From an uncultured virus (IMG/VR IMGVR_UViG_3300046691_000407) (lineage: Duplodnaviria > Heunggongvirae > Uroviricota > Caudoviricetes): a stretch of DNA of 54,212 nucleotides. The notes beneath the pieces were generated by a model. The model had not been told where the DNA came from, searched no databases, and was given only the letters and a program-made list of their open reading frames with translations. Numbering within the stretch: position 1 is the first letter of the stretch; every line of letters begins with the position of its first letter. Shown here one piece after another: positions 37,392 through 46,838 of this stretch. Where the stretch lies: IMG/VR virus record IMGVR_UViG_3300046691_000407; one strand, written 5' to 3'. The translations under genes were made by a program, and so were the position numbers.

Positions 37392-38177
37392 TCAGATGTG
37401 TGCGATGAGACTTCCAAGAAACGCATCCAGTGGCGCGTAGTGACGCAGAAGCACGGCAGGCGTGAGCGCTGCGAGGTAGGCATCCGGTTCGAGGCGCTCC
37501 CAGTCGAGCCTCTTTCCTTCCCTCCTGAGCAACTCGGTGAAGACCGTGTTGAGACTGCGGCCGTTGCCGTCATAGAAGGGATGGTGGAAGGCCAGCTCGC
37601 CGTAGACGTATCCGAGGTTCGCCGCAACGAATCCGGGAGTAGCCGCTTCTGCCAAGACCGCTTCTGCCTCCTTCTTGACGAGATGCGGAAGATTGAACCG
37701 GACGGAGCCCCGCCCCACGGGGTGCTCGCGGATGCGGCCCGCCCATGTCGGAAACACAGCTCCGAAAAGCATGCCATGAACGCCAAGCCAGGCATCGAGA
37801 GTGACTGTCGGAACAGCCCGCAGGTGGATGATCGCAGGAGCCATTCCACAGCTTGTTGTGATGAATTCCAGCTTCTCGAGCTTGGACGGATCGGCTGTTG
37901 CCAGGCAGTTGCGCAGGATGCCGCGCGTCGCCCTGTCCCCGAAGGGATCCCAGAGCCGCCGCTGCTCGACTGCCGCGGCTGAGGTGTCATGGTGGACGGC
38001 GGCGAGATGCAGTGCCTCCTCGACTGGCATAGCTCCTGAAATGGCCTGCCGGGCGATGGTCTCGATCGCTTCGTCAGGTTCGAAGAATTCGATGCGGTTG
38101 AACTGCCGGGCGAGTGCGCTTGCCTCCGCCGAGATGCTTCCAGATGTCGTCAAGACTCGGTCTCCGATTGACCCCAA
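37392..38177 (-). CDS. Fic domain protein
   Basis: HPFYDGNGRS motif; LFGAVFPTWAGRIR. Confidence 0.85.
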   Translation of the reverse strand: MGSIGDRVLTTSGSISAEASALARQFNRIEFFEPDEAIETIARQAISGAMPVEEALHLAAVHHDTSAAAVEQRRLWDPFGDRATRGILRNCLATADPSKLEKLEFITTSCGMAPAIIHLRAVPTVTLDAWLGVHGMLFGAVFPTWAGRIREHPVGRGSVRFNLPHLVKKEAEAVLAEAATPGFVAANLGYVYGELAFHHPFYDGNGRSLNTVFTELLRREGKRLDWERLEPDAYLAALTPAVLLRHYAPLDAFLGSLIAHI

Positions 38178-38326
38178 ATCATAGCATATTCTGTCGTCTT
38201 TTGGAATGTTTCCGGCTCCCGGATATGCTGCTTATGGATGCCTCTAATGCCCGATGCCGCGCGGAATTGAGTCCTGCATCCAAACCGTTGTCAACAATAG
38301 TTTGACATTGTCGCCGATGTGGCGGG

Positions 38327-39124
38327 TCAGGCGACCCGCAGGAGTTCATCCATTCTGTCGAGCAGCGATCCCCTGCCCCGGTCGTGGATGACGGGCTCTA
38401 TGGTCGAGACCGAGCCATCGCCGCTGGTCTGCAGGAATTCCACCTTCATCCGGTCGCGGTCGATGCACAGGAATGTCAGCCTGCCGCTCTCGTAGGCGCC
38501 GGTGTCGAGAGATATCCGGTTCTCGGTCACGACGGGAAGATCCCCCATCACGGAATGGCCGTGGATGACGGGCGGCATCCTCTCATCAATCCGGTCGAGA
38601 AAGCCGTCTGAAATCCACATGAGGTCGTGCGGATCCTGCTGGTCGAGGGGGAGATAGCCGTTGATGCCGGCATGGCATGCGACGAACGCCCCGTCCCGCT
38701 CCATGAAGCTTGCATTCCTCAGAAGCTCGACGTGATGGGGAAAGTCCTTCTTAATGGTGCGGATGAAGGGCTTCAGCTCGCCTCCGGGGTCGTAGGAGGC
38801 GCAGGTGTCGAAGCCGCCAGCCTGCTCGTACCAGAAGTCTGTTTTCCGCCGCGACGAGGTGCCGTCGAGTATCTCCAGCAGGAGATGGTCGTGGTTTCCC
38901 ATGATCGCGACCGAGCGCGGCCATTTCCGGATCGTCTTGCAGACGGCATCGAGAACGTCCTTCGTGCCGATGCCGCGGTCGATCAGATCGCCGAGGAAGA
39001 CCACGCGGGGCGATATCTCATCGTCGGCGCTCATCTCCTCGATCCTGCCAAGGACGCTCGCCAGGAGGCGATCCTGTCCGTGGACATCGCCGATGAAGAA
39101 GGACTTTCCGGTCATGTCAGGCAA
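38327..39124 (-). CDS. Metallophosphoesterase (PPP-type Ser/Thr phosphatase-like)
   Basis: GDVHG, GDLIDRG, GNHD, HAG, HGHS, DTGA. Confidence 0.92.
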   Translation of the reverse strand: MPDMTGKSFFIGDVHGQDRLLASVLGRIEEMSADDEISPRVVFLGDLIDRGIGTKDVLDAVCKTIRKWPRSVAIMGNHDHLLLEILDGTSSRRKTDFWYEQAGGFDTCASYDPGGELKPFIRTIKKDFPHHVELLRNASFMERDGAFVACHAGINGYLPLDQQDPHDLMWISDGFLDRIDERMPPVIHGHSVMGDLPVVTENRISLDTGAYESGRLTFLCIDRDRMKVEFLQTSGDGSVSTIEPVIHDRGRGSLLDRMDELLRVA

Positions 39125-40253
39125 CCTTCAGAAGTGCGCTCTTGTTCTGGATTCCGTTCCTCAAGCCGAAAGACTGCCAGTTCAACCGATGAAGTCCAAG
39201 CTGCTTTTCAGCCAGGGTGGAGACCTTCGCTCCCTCGAAGGCGACGACGGCCGGAAGTGCATCCGTTTCGGTGGGCATCGCCAGCGTGATGTGACAGTGC
39301 CGGGCCAGCCGGCAGACTGACAGGTGGTGTGGCTCCCTGTCCTCCTCGCGAACTCGCAGACCCGAAGTGTCGCCGATAACGATCGTCGACAACGGCCATG
39401 CGGAGGAGCCGGGGTGGTGTGTCGGAGCATCGGACCCCAGGTTGGACATGTAGTAGCGCTGCATGGAATGATACAGATCGGCGGCAACGAGGGTGTCGGC
39501 TTCGCTTCCCGGCTTCGTTCGCACGATGCAGATGAGCTGACGCTTCAGAACGTGCTGGAAGTTGATCCCCCGGGCGCTGCAGCGGGCCTTGCCGACGGAT
39601 TCGACGCTGTCTCTGATGGCGTTCAGCAGCGTGCGGTGCTTGTGGCCGCGCGGCGTGGGGGAGCTGACCAGCAGGCGGTGCAGTTCCACCGTCTCAGCCA
39701 TATGGCGCATGCCCTCCCGTTCCGAAAGTTCGATGATCTTGTCATGGATATGTTCATCGAGCGCGGCTGCGAGAACATCGGCCGAAGAGAACGCTTCTCC
39801 GTCGGAGTCTCGGTTTCCGGCGAGGAAGAAGCCTGCGGCATCCATGAGGGCGTAGGCGGTCTCACGGTAGCGATCCGATCGAAGGCGCTCGGGATGGCGG
39901 TGAAGATGGATTGAGCTGAAGCGGGTTGGTTGCGGGTATGAGATGGCCCCAGGGTCGTAGGAATGCCACGTGGGAGCATCCGCCGCATCGCGGATATCGA
40001 CGATATGCCCTGTGCGCCCGTGCTCGTCGGCCAGGGTCCGGATGCGCTGAATGTCATCGTCGGTGAGACGCGGGTCGTGAACGATCAGAGCCTGCCCCTC
40101 CCGGATGGCACGCTCGATGAGAGCGGCTACGGCCGCCCGCTGCTTCGGACGCGCGGAGTTCGGCAGGTGAAGTCCGGTGAGCGAATGGCCCGACACCTTT
40201 GCAGGACGCCCGAAGACGGGTGTGTGACCGAAAGGAACCTTGAAATCGTACAT
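39117..40253 (-). CDS. Degenerate DotL/IcmO/TraD coupling-protein-like protein
   Basis: AIREGQALIVHDPR, INFQHVLKRQLICIV, STIVIGD, RLARHCHITL are collinear with DotL motifs as recalled; Walker A is absent. Confidence 0.4.
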   Translation of the reverse strand: MYDFKVPFGHTPVFGRPAKVSGHSLTGLHLPNSARPKQRAAVAALIERAIREGQALIVHDPRLTDDDIQRIRTLADEHGRTGHIVDIRDAADAPTWHSYDPGAISYPQPTRFSSIHLHRHPERLRSDRYRETAYALMDAAGFFLAGNRDSDGEAFSSADVLAAALDEHIHDKIIELSEREGMRHMAETVELHRLLVSSPTPRGHKHRTLLNAIRDSVESVGKARCSARGINFQHVLKRQLICIVRTKPGSEADTLVAADLYHSMQRYYMSNLGSDAPTHHPGSSAWPLSTIVIGDTSGLRVREEDREPHHLSVCRLARHCHITLAMPTETDALPAVVAFEGAKVSTLAEKQLGLHRLNWQSFGLRNGIQNKSALLKVA

Positions 40254-40317
40254 GGGATGCTCCTGCTGCTGTTCCCTTGAGTTTCGCACCGCCGGAGGTT
40301 GTCCGACAAGGTCGATT

Positions 40318-41088
40318 TCAGTCTGCGATGAACTCGCACTGGATCGGTGTATCTGCCGCCTCGACGTTCCGATAGTTCTGAAAGAAGCAGGGATCGCTCA
40401 AGCCGTAGGGATTGATCTCGATCAGAAGATAGTCCTGACCCCGGTCGAATACGTCGAAGACCACCGTGTCCAAATGAAGGACAGGAAGCAGCTTCTCGTT
40501 GAACCATGCGTCGATGCGGGCGCGCACGGCCGCGCCGCCGTCCTCGAACGGCTCCACAGGGTTCTGGTAGTCATAGCGCGTCACTGCGATCAGGCGGCGA
40601 TCCTTGACGAAGCAGCGGTATTCGCGGCTCTTGTCGACGTGAACGTGCTCGCGCAGGCAGATATAGGCGGGCTGTTCGGGGAGATAGTTGAACTCCAGCA
40701 GGTCATCGAGAACGCGCATGGATGAGGCGAGGATGCTCAGTGCCTCCTTGCCCGAACAGGTGATCGGGGCTTCGAACGGCCACGGCCAGTCCTTCGGCGA
40801 ACGGCTGTTGAGACGGATGAACTTGCGGTCCCATCCCATGGCATCGTCCAGCTCGGCCGCGAGCGCCGTCATGATGGGGCCGGGCTTGGCGCCGTCATGG
40901 AGCGAATAGAACTCCTTGGCCAGACCATCCGGAACCCGAATGAGCTGCGTCGGCATCGACAGCGCCGCCAGACCTTCGGGCCAGTTGTCGATCAGCGTGG
41001 GGCCGACATTCTTCAGCCAGGCCAGTGATGCCTCGCGATGCTGCTCCGGGGTCGGCATCTTGGGTTCTGGAATTTTCAGGAAGGGCAT
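40318..41088 (-). CDS. CDC123/D123-like (R2K) ATP-grasp protein
   Basis: FIRLNSRSPKD, EYRCFV..LIAVTRY, VVFDV, LIEINPYG..DPCFF. Confidence 0.8.
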   Translation of the reverse strand: MPFLKIPEPKMPTPEQHREASLAWLKNVGPTLIDNWPEGLAALSMPTQLIRVPDGLAKEFYSLHDGAKPGPIMTALAAELDDAMGWDRKFIRLNSRSPKDWPWPFEAPITCSGKEALSILASSMRVLDDLLEFNYLPEQPAYICLREHVHVDKSREYRCFVKDRRLIAVTRYDYQNPVEPFEDGGAAVRARIDAWFNEKLLPVLHLDTVVFDVFDRGQDYLLIEINPYGLSDPCFFQNYRNVEAADTPIQCEFIAD

Positions 41089-41216
41089 ATGGACTGAATC
41101 CTTTGCGCTTAGGGGTCTCGACTATAGTGTTCGTAATCGGCCGCGCAAGCGTGAAGTTAATATTGTTGACAAGAAACTCGCTGTCCCGTGTCCGCGGACG
41201 AAGGACAGCGAAGTCT

Positions 41217-41621
41217 TCAGCGCCGGAAGGTTACCGCCGCGCTCTCGCGGTAGGCTTTCATGAAGGTTCCGTGCTTGCGCTCGATCAGCGCCTTTCGGTC
41301 GTTGCACACCCCGATCATCTGCTTGGCAATGGTGCCCACCGGATCGTAGCGTTCGATTCCGATCATTTCGATCTCCAGATCGATGTCGGGCAGGACGTGC
41401 TTGACGACGAGGTCGTCCCAGGCCTCGATGTCCTCGATCGTGAGCTTTGCGTCCGGCGCCCGCGCGATGCGCGCGGTCCGGAAGCCGGGATGATCGGCGG
41501 GCCGTCCGGCAACGAAGAAGTTGCGGCTGGCGGCGCAGATGTCCTCGATGACCTCAAGCGAAGTCGAGCGGTCGTAGTCGTCTGCGGTCTTGTCGTTGAT
41601 GAAGTAGATGCGGCTCTGCAT
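41217..41621 (-). CDS. Hypothetical protein
   Basis: GGAGA RBS; 134 aa. Confidence 0.65.
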   Translation of the reverse strand: MQSRIYFINDKTADDYDRSTSLEVIEDICAASRNFFVAGRPADHPGFRTARIARAPDAKLTIEDIEAWDDLVVKHVLPDIDLEIEMIGIERYDPVGTIAKQMIGVCNDRKALIERKHGTFMKAYRESAAVTFRR

Positions 41622-41805
41622 CGGAAATCTCCCTTAGGGATTGCGTTGGGATCATCCGCATTCTGCAGCCGCTGTTGGACCGCGTTGAGCGTTGGCTCGG
41701 AATATAGCCGATCCGGCGGAATTCGCAAGACTGAGATGTCTAAAATGTTGACATTCAGTCCTTGAGTTGCGATGAAGGATAAAGAGCTTTGAAAGGAATC
41801 CTTGA

Positions 41806-42624
41806 ATGCTTGGCGCAATCTGCGGTGACGTTATCGGCCGGCCCTATGAATTCGAATTTCCAACGAGGACGAAGGACTTCGATCTCTTCCGGCATGACAG
41901 TCGGTTCTCCGACGATACCGTCCTGACGGCGGCCGTGGCCCACAGGCTGATGCATGGCGGCTCCTACGAACAGGCTCTCGTCGATTTCGGCATGCGTCAC
42001 ATCGAGGACGGCTTCGGCAAGGGCTTCAAGGCATGGCTCCTCGACAGTGCGCGCAAGCAGGGTGACTCGTTCGGCAACGGTTCCGCGATGCGCGTCAGCC
42101 CGGTCGCATGGTTCGCCACAAGCCTTGATGAAGCGATCGAGATGGCCCGCGACAGTGCGATGCCCTCCCACTCCCATCCGGAAGGCATCAAGGGAGCCGT
42201 CGCGGTCGCCGCTGCCGTCCGGCTCTCCATCGAGGGACGGTTTGGCGAAATCCGGGACATCGTGACGAAGCTGACTGGCTACGACCTGACCCGCTCGGTC
42301 GATGAGATCCGCCGGACGGTTCCGCGCTTCAAGACGACCTGCCAGGAGAGCGTCGCCGATGCGATCGTCTGCGCGCTCGAGGCGACTTCCTTCGAGGACG
42401 GCATCCGCAACGCAGTGTCGCTCGGCAACGATGCCGACACGCAGGCGAGCATCGCCGGAGCCATTCTGGAACCTTATTTCGGCGTTCCGTGGGAGATTCG
42501 GTCCAAATGCGTCAAGACGCTCTCACCCGACATCGCATCCGTGTTCGAGGACTTCGAGGACCGCACGGCGCACATCCGCCGTCCCGACGGCACCTCGATG
42601 CTGGCGGGCGGAGCCGATGCCTGA
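41806..42624 (+). CDS. ADP-ribosylglycohydrolase (DraG/ARH family)
   Basis: GAICGDVIG, FSDDT, GNGSAMRVSP, SH.HPEG, GNDADT..IAG. Confidence 0.93.
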   Translation: MLGAICGDVIGRPYEFEFPTRTKDFDLFRHDSRFSDDTVLTAAVAHRLMHGGSYEQALVDFGMRHIEDGFGKGFKAWLLDSARKQGDSFGNGSAMRVSPVAWFATSLDEAIEMARDSAMPSHSHPEGIKGAVAVAAAVRLSIEGRFGEIRDIVTKLTGYDLTRSVDEIRRTVPRFKTTCQESVADAIVCALEATSFEDGIRNAVSLGNDADTQASIAGAILEPYFGVPWEIRSKCVKTLSPDIASVFEDFEDRTAHIRRPDGTSMLAGGADA

Positions 42625-43147
42625 TCAGCGCGAACACTGGGAATTCCTGCGTTCTGAGCTCGACAAGCTGCCGAACACGCTGCCGGACCCGAGGGGTGCG
42701 GACGCAGGGGTGGTTTTCCATCATGTGCACGCGTATGACCTGAAGGAGATGCGCGACGAGGATCTGGTTTTCCACCATGCGTGCAGGACGCACGCGAGCA
42801 ACATGACGAACCTGCAAGCCATGCTGCGCGGGACGTGGTTCGATGCCGAACGGGAAGTCAGGGGCACCAGCTATGGCAATGCGGACGAAGAGGTCGAACT
42901 CGTATTCGCGAAGCGACTCGCACTCTGGCTGCGCGACCACGCCGCCTATGTCGCGAGGGTTGCCGCTGGCGGTGACATCGAGCCGAGCCTGGTGAAGGCG
43001 GGGTCAGGACGGTTGGAGGTCTATCTCGAGGGTCATAGGCTCTACGCGGCCAGGCATCACGAAATGGTGGGCGATTACTGCGAGCGGATGGCAACGAGAC
43101 TGGATGTTCGCGCGTCCGAGCTGCGCAGCAAGTCCGAGAAGCAGTGA
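42617..43147 (+). CDS. Hypothetical protein, paralog of 43992-44483
   Basis: Overlaps the ARH stop; shared RLxxWLRxHA and RLYAxRHHEMVxxYC. Confidence 0.75.
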   Translation: MPDQREHWEFLRSELDKLPNTLPDPRGADAGVVFHHVHAYDLKEMRDEDLVFHHACRTHASNMTNLQAMLRGTWFDAEREVRGTSYGNADEEVELVFAKRLALWLRDHAAYVARVAAGGDIEPSLVKAGSGRLEVYLEGHRLYAARHHEMVGDYCERMATRLDVRASELRSKSEKQ

Positions 43148-43158
43148 GGCGGCATCGT

Positions 43159-43941
43159 ATGCAGGTCTTGACCGACGAGCTCTGGAGACGCATCACCGAT
43201 CATATAGTCAGTATTCCTGACAATCCCCGTGCGCGGCTTGCCGTCGCAACAATCATCTCGGCAATGAATGATCCGCAGATGGATGTTGGCGAGCGACCAG
43301 AGAGGACGGGGCCATATCCTTCGCAAAGCGCGCAGGGCATCGTTCGGCGATGGTATCATCAGGGAACGTTGCGGAGCCTGATGGCGTTCATCGAGAAGGA
43401 GGGCGTGACGAACGGCTGGCCATCCTTTGACGATCATCCCTCCGTGCCGGTCACGCTTCGAGACATGATACGGAAGGAGCTGGCAGTTGTCCGCGACATC
43501 AGTAGTTTCAAGGTGCCGAATGGCGATGCACACTTGCTGGATGACGCGCATGGCGGGGGTCGACCGGATACTCATCGGGCAAGCCTCATTTCGAAGCCTG
43601 ATCGAACGAAAAGCGCTCGATGGGATTCGCTTTTCGAGGCGATCCCTGAACTGAGCACGAGCGAAGGCAGCCGCATGGCTCTCAATGACCTCGACGTCTT
43701 CATGAGAAGACGGGGAGCGACCTGGCGAAAGCTAGGGCTCGCTTCGCACATGATGGTGCGCAGGTGGCGCGAAGGCGGCCTTCTCGCACGGATCATCGAG
43801 GTGATGACCGAACTGGATCTGACCGACGAGTGGTTAATTGATAGGAAGACTCGAAAGCATCCTGTCCACAGATCCATGACATCCGACATAATCGACATGG
43901 TGCTTTCTGCGCGGCGCGGGAACGGCAAGCCTGACTGCTAG
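43159..43941 (+). CDS. Protein with two IS5-N-terminal (DUF4096-like) HTH repeats, no DDE domain
   Basis: LTDELWRRI..PERTGPY..VRRWYHQGTL and GATWRKL..VRRWREGGLL. Confidence 0.5.
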   Translation: MQVLTDELWRRITDHIVSIPDNPRARLAVATIISAMNDPQMDVGERPERTGPYPSQSAQGIVRRWYHQGTLRSLMAFIEKEGVTNGWPSFDDHPSVPVTLRDMIRKELAVVRDISSFKVPNGDAHLLDDAHGGGRPDTHRASLISKPDRTKSARWDSLFEAIPELSTSEGSRMALNDLDVFMRRRGATWRKLGLASHMMVRRWREGGLLARIIEVMTELDLTDEWLIDRKTRKHPVHRSMTSDIIDMVLSARRGNGKPDC

Positions 43942-43991
43942 AACCGGAGGCGAGGATCGTGGATTGCGTCCCCCGGCAGTAGTCTGCGGTT

Positions 43992-44483
43992 GTGAACCTG
44001 CAGGAGACGCTGATGTCGGCCAGAACCGCCCACCTCGAAAACATGATCCCGGAACTGGACGGCATGCGTGACACCGTTGCCGCCGCCGCCCGCGAGGAAG
44101 CGGACAAGCATTCGCACCACGCGTATCTGATGCAGGCGAAGAGCCTGCGCACGATGTACGGGCAGATCACGTCGACATGGTTCAACACCGCACAGGAGGT
44201 GAAGGCCGAGACCGGGGAAGCCGACGAGAATGTCATTGAGCTTCGCTACGCCGAGCGCCTCGGGCACTGGCTGCGGGCACATGCCAGCAATACCGACGAC
44301 ATGATGGAGGGCGGCGAGACCGACGGGATGAGTGGGCATTCTTTCGGCGAAAGCGAACTTGCCATCACCAGGCTCTACGCGCAGCGCCACCACGAGATGG
44401 TAGCTGAGTATTGCGATCGCCACGCGACTGCCCTGGAAGAACGCGCAGGGGAACTGCGCGTTGCCGTGTCGGTGAATCCCTAG
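43992..44483 (+). CDS. Hypothetical protein, paralog of 42617-43147
   Basis: Shared motifs; start may be an ATG a few codons later. Confidence 0.75.
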   Translation: MNLQETLMSARTAHLENMIPELDGMRDTVAAAAREEADKHSHHAYLMQAKSLRTMYGQITSTWFNTAQEVKAETGEADENVIELRYAERLGHWLRAHASNTDDMMEGGETDGMSGHSFGESELAITRLYAQRHHEMVAEYCDRHATALEERAGELRVAVSVNP

Positions 44484-44872
44484 CGGGAAAACTGCAGCTT
44501 GAGTTCGTCGATCTGCTTGGTCGCGACTTCGTCGGCGATCTCGCGGATCGTGTCCTTCAGCTTCGGAAAGGCTTCGAGCAAGGCAGACGTGTGTGAATCT
44601 TCGGCCTGATAGGTGCCGGCCTCGAATCCCGCCTCCCATGCGCGCTTGAACATCGCCAGCAGGATCTTCGACGGATCCATCGCCGTGAGGTCGATGCCGG
44701 GGATCGCATGGCCGGGCTGATCGATCGGAATGCCGATGCGGCGCAGGTTGATTTCCGCGTCCGGAACGATTCCCCAGAATCTCGGGTCCGGGAGGCCGTA
44801 TTCCATGAGAACCGTGACGGCGTCGCGAAGCTTCGCCTCGCGCGCCTTCTGGGTCTTGGGATCTGCCTTCAT
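44480..44872 (-). CDS. Hypothetical protein, paralog of 44869-45276
   Basis: DPRF..DP..LLAMF..W.AG..AGT..LL.AFP.LKD..REIADE. Confidence 0.75.
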   Translation of the reverse strand: MKADPKTQKAREAKLRDAVTVLMEYGLPDPRFWGIVPDAEINLRRIGIPIDQPGHAIPGIDLTAMDPSKILLAMFKRAWEAGFEAGTYQAEDSHTSALLEAFPKLKDTIREIADEVATKQIDELKLQFSR

Positions 44873-45276
44873 CGGTCGTCTCCGTAACGGTTGCTGTTGT
44901 TGGCTTCGATGCGTTCGTCCGCGATTTCGCGCATCGCATCCTTGAGGGCGGGGAAGGCCTGGAGGAGCGAAATCGCCGAGCGCTCACGCTCAGCGGCGGT
45001 TCCCGCATCCACGCCAGCCTTCCAGACGGCATCGAACATCGCCAGAAGCACATCCGCGGGATCGGTGCGCGAGAGATCGACACGGACGAAGCCGCCCTTC
45101 GAGGGCACATTGACCATCGTGTTGTTCAGGCCGAACCGCGGATCGCGGCGGCCGAGGCCCACGGCGGACAGATCCTTCAGCGCCTTCTCGACCGCCTTGC
45201 GGCGGGCGGCGTCGGTGGGAGTGGACTTGCCGTCAATGAACGGGACTGCGACAGGGCCGGTCTTATTGCTGGTCAT
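44869..45276 (-). CDS. Hypothetical protein, paralog of 44480-44872
   Basis: AGGAG RBS; ATGA overlap with the next gene; shared motifs. Confidence 0.75.
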   Translation of the reverse strand: MTSNKTGPVAVPFIDGKSTPTDAARRKAVEKALKDLSAVGLGRRDPRFGLNNTMVNVPSKGGFVRVDLSRTDPADVLLAMFDAVWKAGVDAGTAAERERSAISLLQAFPALKDAMREIADERIEANNSNRYGDDR

Positions 45277-45286
45277 CGTCGTCTCC

Positions 45287-45697
45287 TTACTTGTAGTCTT
45301 CGATGCGTTCGATCTTCGCAGGCACGCGCAGCTTCAGTGCACGGAATTCATTACCCCAGAGCGTCACCATCTCGTCGCTTTCGATGTGCTTCTTCTCGAG
45401 ATTCATGACGAAGCCGCGGAAGCGGTTCTCGTTCTGGATGGCGAATGGAAGAATTGTGTCCGTGAAGACCAAGGGAGCACCTCCGCGGAGGTCGTTCCAG
45501 CCGCCCATGATCTGGACGAGATAGCTTTCCGGCATGAACAGGTAGGTGCGGACACCAGGCTGCTCGCTGTCCTGCACCGAGATGAAGAGACCTTCGTTGC
45601 CACGGACTGGCGAGGCAATGAACAGCGGGGCTTCGGTGTCGAAACGGACACCGTCGATTTCGTAGCGGTTGATGTGGGCCTGCAGGATGAGAAACAT
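45287..45697 (-). CDS. Hypothetical protein
   Basis: AAGGAG RBS then MFLILQAH. Confidence 0.75.
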   Translation of the reverse strand: MFLILQAHINRYEIDGVRFDTEAPLFIASPVRGNEGLFISVQDSEQPGVRTYLFMPESYLVQIMGGWNDLRGGAPLVFTDTILPFAIQNENRFRGFVMNLEKKHIESDEMVTLWGNEFRALKLRVPAKIERIEDYK

Positions 45698-45736
45698 CGG
45701 CGTCTCCTTCAATTCGTTGGGCCGACACTATCATTC

Positions 45737-45812
45737 AAGGATTCAATGTCAACATTTATTGCAAGGACTCGGGCACAAATGTTGACAATAGCGGAAAGCG
45801 GGTCTACAGATC
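45737..45812. promoter_or_regulatory. Divergent promoters, each with the AWTGTTGACAWT motif
   Basis: AATGTCAACATT at 45745 and AATGTTGACAAT at 45778 between divergent gene strings. Confidence 0.65.
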
Positions 45813-45863
45813 GCTTGAGATTGATGATCCGCATCATGCGCATCGTCCTGAAAGAGGTCCGCG

Positions 45864-46823
45864 ATGGAAACGTTCTGCCTGATCGACGCCGGAAAGCACA
45901 TGGCGGCATGGTGCGTCCTGACCACGAACCGCGAGGGCGCTCTGGTCTGGATGGACTTCAAGAGCCGCATGGTCCCCTTCGACCAGGGCAAGGTTCTGGC
46001 GCACGTGTCCGGGGAGAGCTTCCACCGCGCCTACGAGAACATGCCGCCGGAAGCGGTCGAGATCGAGCAGATGTACGCATACCGCTACCTGCTGGACCCG
46101 TGGGCCTACGAGGGCTGGCTGGCGCCCGACGGAAAGTTCTATGGATGCGGCTTCTATGCGCATGACGACCTCGGCTACTCGCTGCTGCGGAAGTCGCCGG
46201 GGATGCTGGAAAGCGAGGGATGGGTTCGCGTCCACGCAAGCAGCTTCATGACCGGACGCGACTATGGCCGCGAGATCACCAAGCGGCAGATGTCGTCGCT
46301 GGAGAAGATGGGCTTCGTGGGGTTCGAGGCGCCCGGGCGGCGCAGCGCCCACTACATCCCCGACCGCAGCGCTCCTCCTGCGCGTTGCGCCGTACAGCCT
46401 CCCAAGGGCTTCGTGCACCCGCACGACCTGGAGATCGTGGCTGAACGGGAAGTCGGCATCGCTGACTGGCTGAAGCGCTTCGTCGTCCGCATGAAGGAGT
46501 TTCCGGTGCTGGCCGAGATGCTGGAGATCGAGCACGAGCTGATCCCCGACTTCGGCCCCGGCACGTGGGAATGGGGCATCCAGTGCTTCGACTTATACAT
46601 CGGAAGTCAGGAGCCTGCCGACGAGCTGCTGAACGCCGAGGGCCTGCGTCTGATGAAGACCTCCGGCGACACGATGGAAATCATCTCGTGGCCGAAGCCG
46701 GGTCTGTCGGCCGAAGGTGCAGAGAAGAAGATGCTGGCGTGGGTGCTGCGCGATGCAGGCAAGGACGTGTCGCTGGTCGACACGCTCGATGACATTTCGT
46801 TCCCGCTGCTGCGGGCTGTGTGA
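45864..46823 (+). CDS. Hypothetical phage/plasmid-type protein
   Basis: GAGG RBS; GWLAPDGKFY..H..GWVRVH. Confidence 0.8.
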   Translation: METFCLIDAGKHMAAWCVLTTNREGALVWMDFKSRMVPFDQGKVLAHVSGESFHRAYENMPPEAVEIEQMYAYRYLLDPWAYEGWLAPDGKFYGCGFYAHDDLGYSLLRKSPGMLESEGWVRVHASSFMTGRDYGREITKRQMSSLEKMGFVGFEAPGRRSAHYIPDRSAPPARCAVQPPKGFVHPHDLEIVAEREVGIADWLKRFVVRMKEFPVLAEMLEIEHELIPDFGPGTWEWGIQCFDLYIGSQEPADELLNAEGLRLMKTSGDTMEIISWPKPGLSAEGAEKKMLAWVLRDAGKDVSLVDTLDDISFPLLRAV

Positions 46824-46838
46824 GAGGATAAAGGATTC

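Noticed and set aside
43144..43941. Active IS5 element
   Set aside because: No catalytic DDE region, terminal inverted repeats or target duplication seen.
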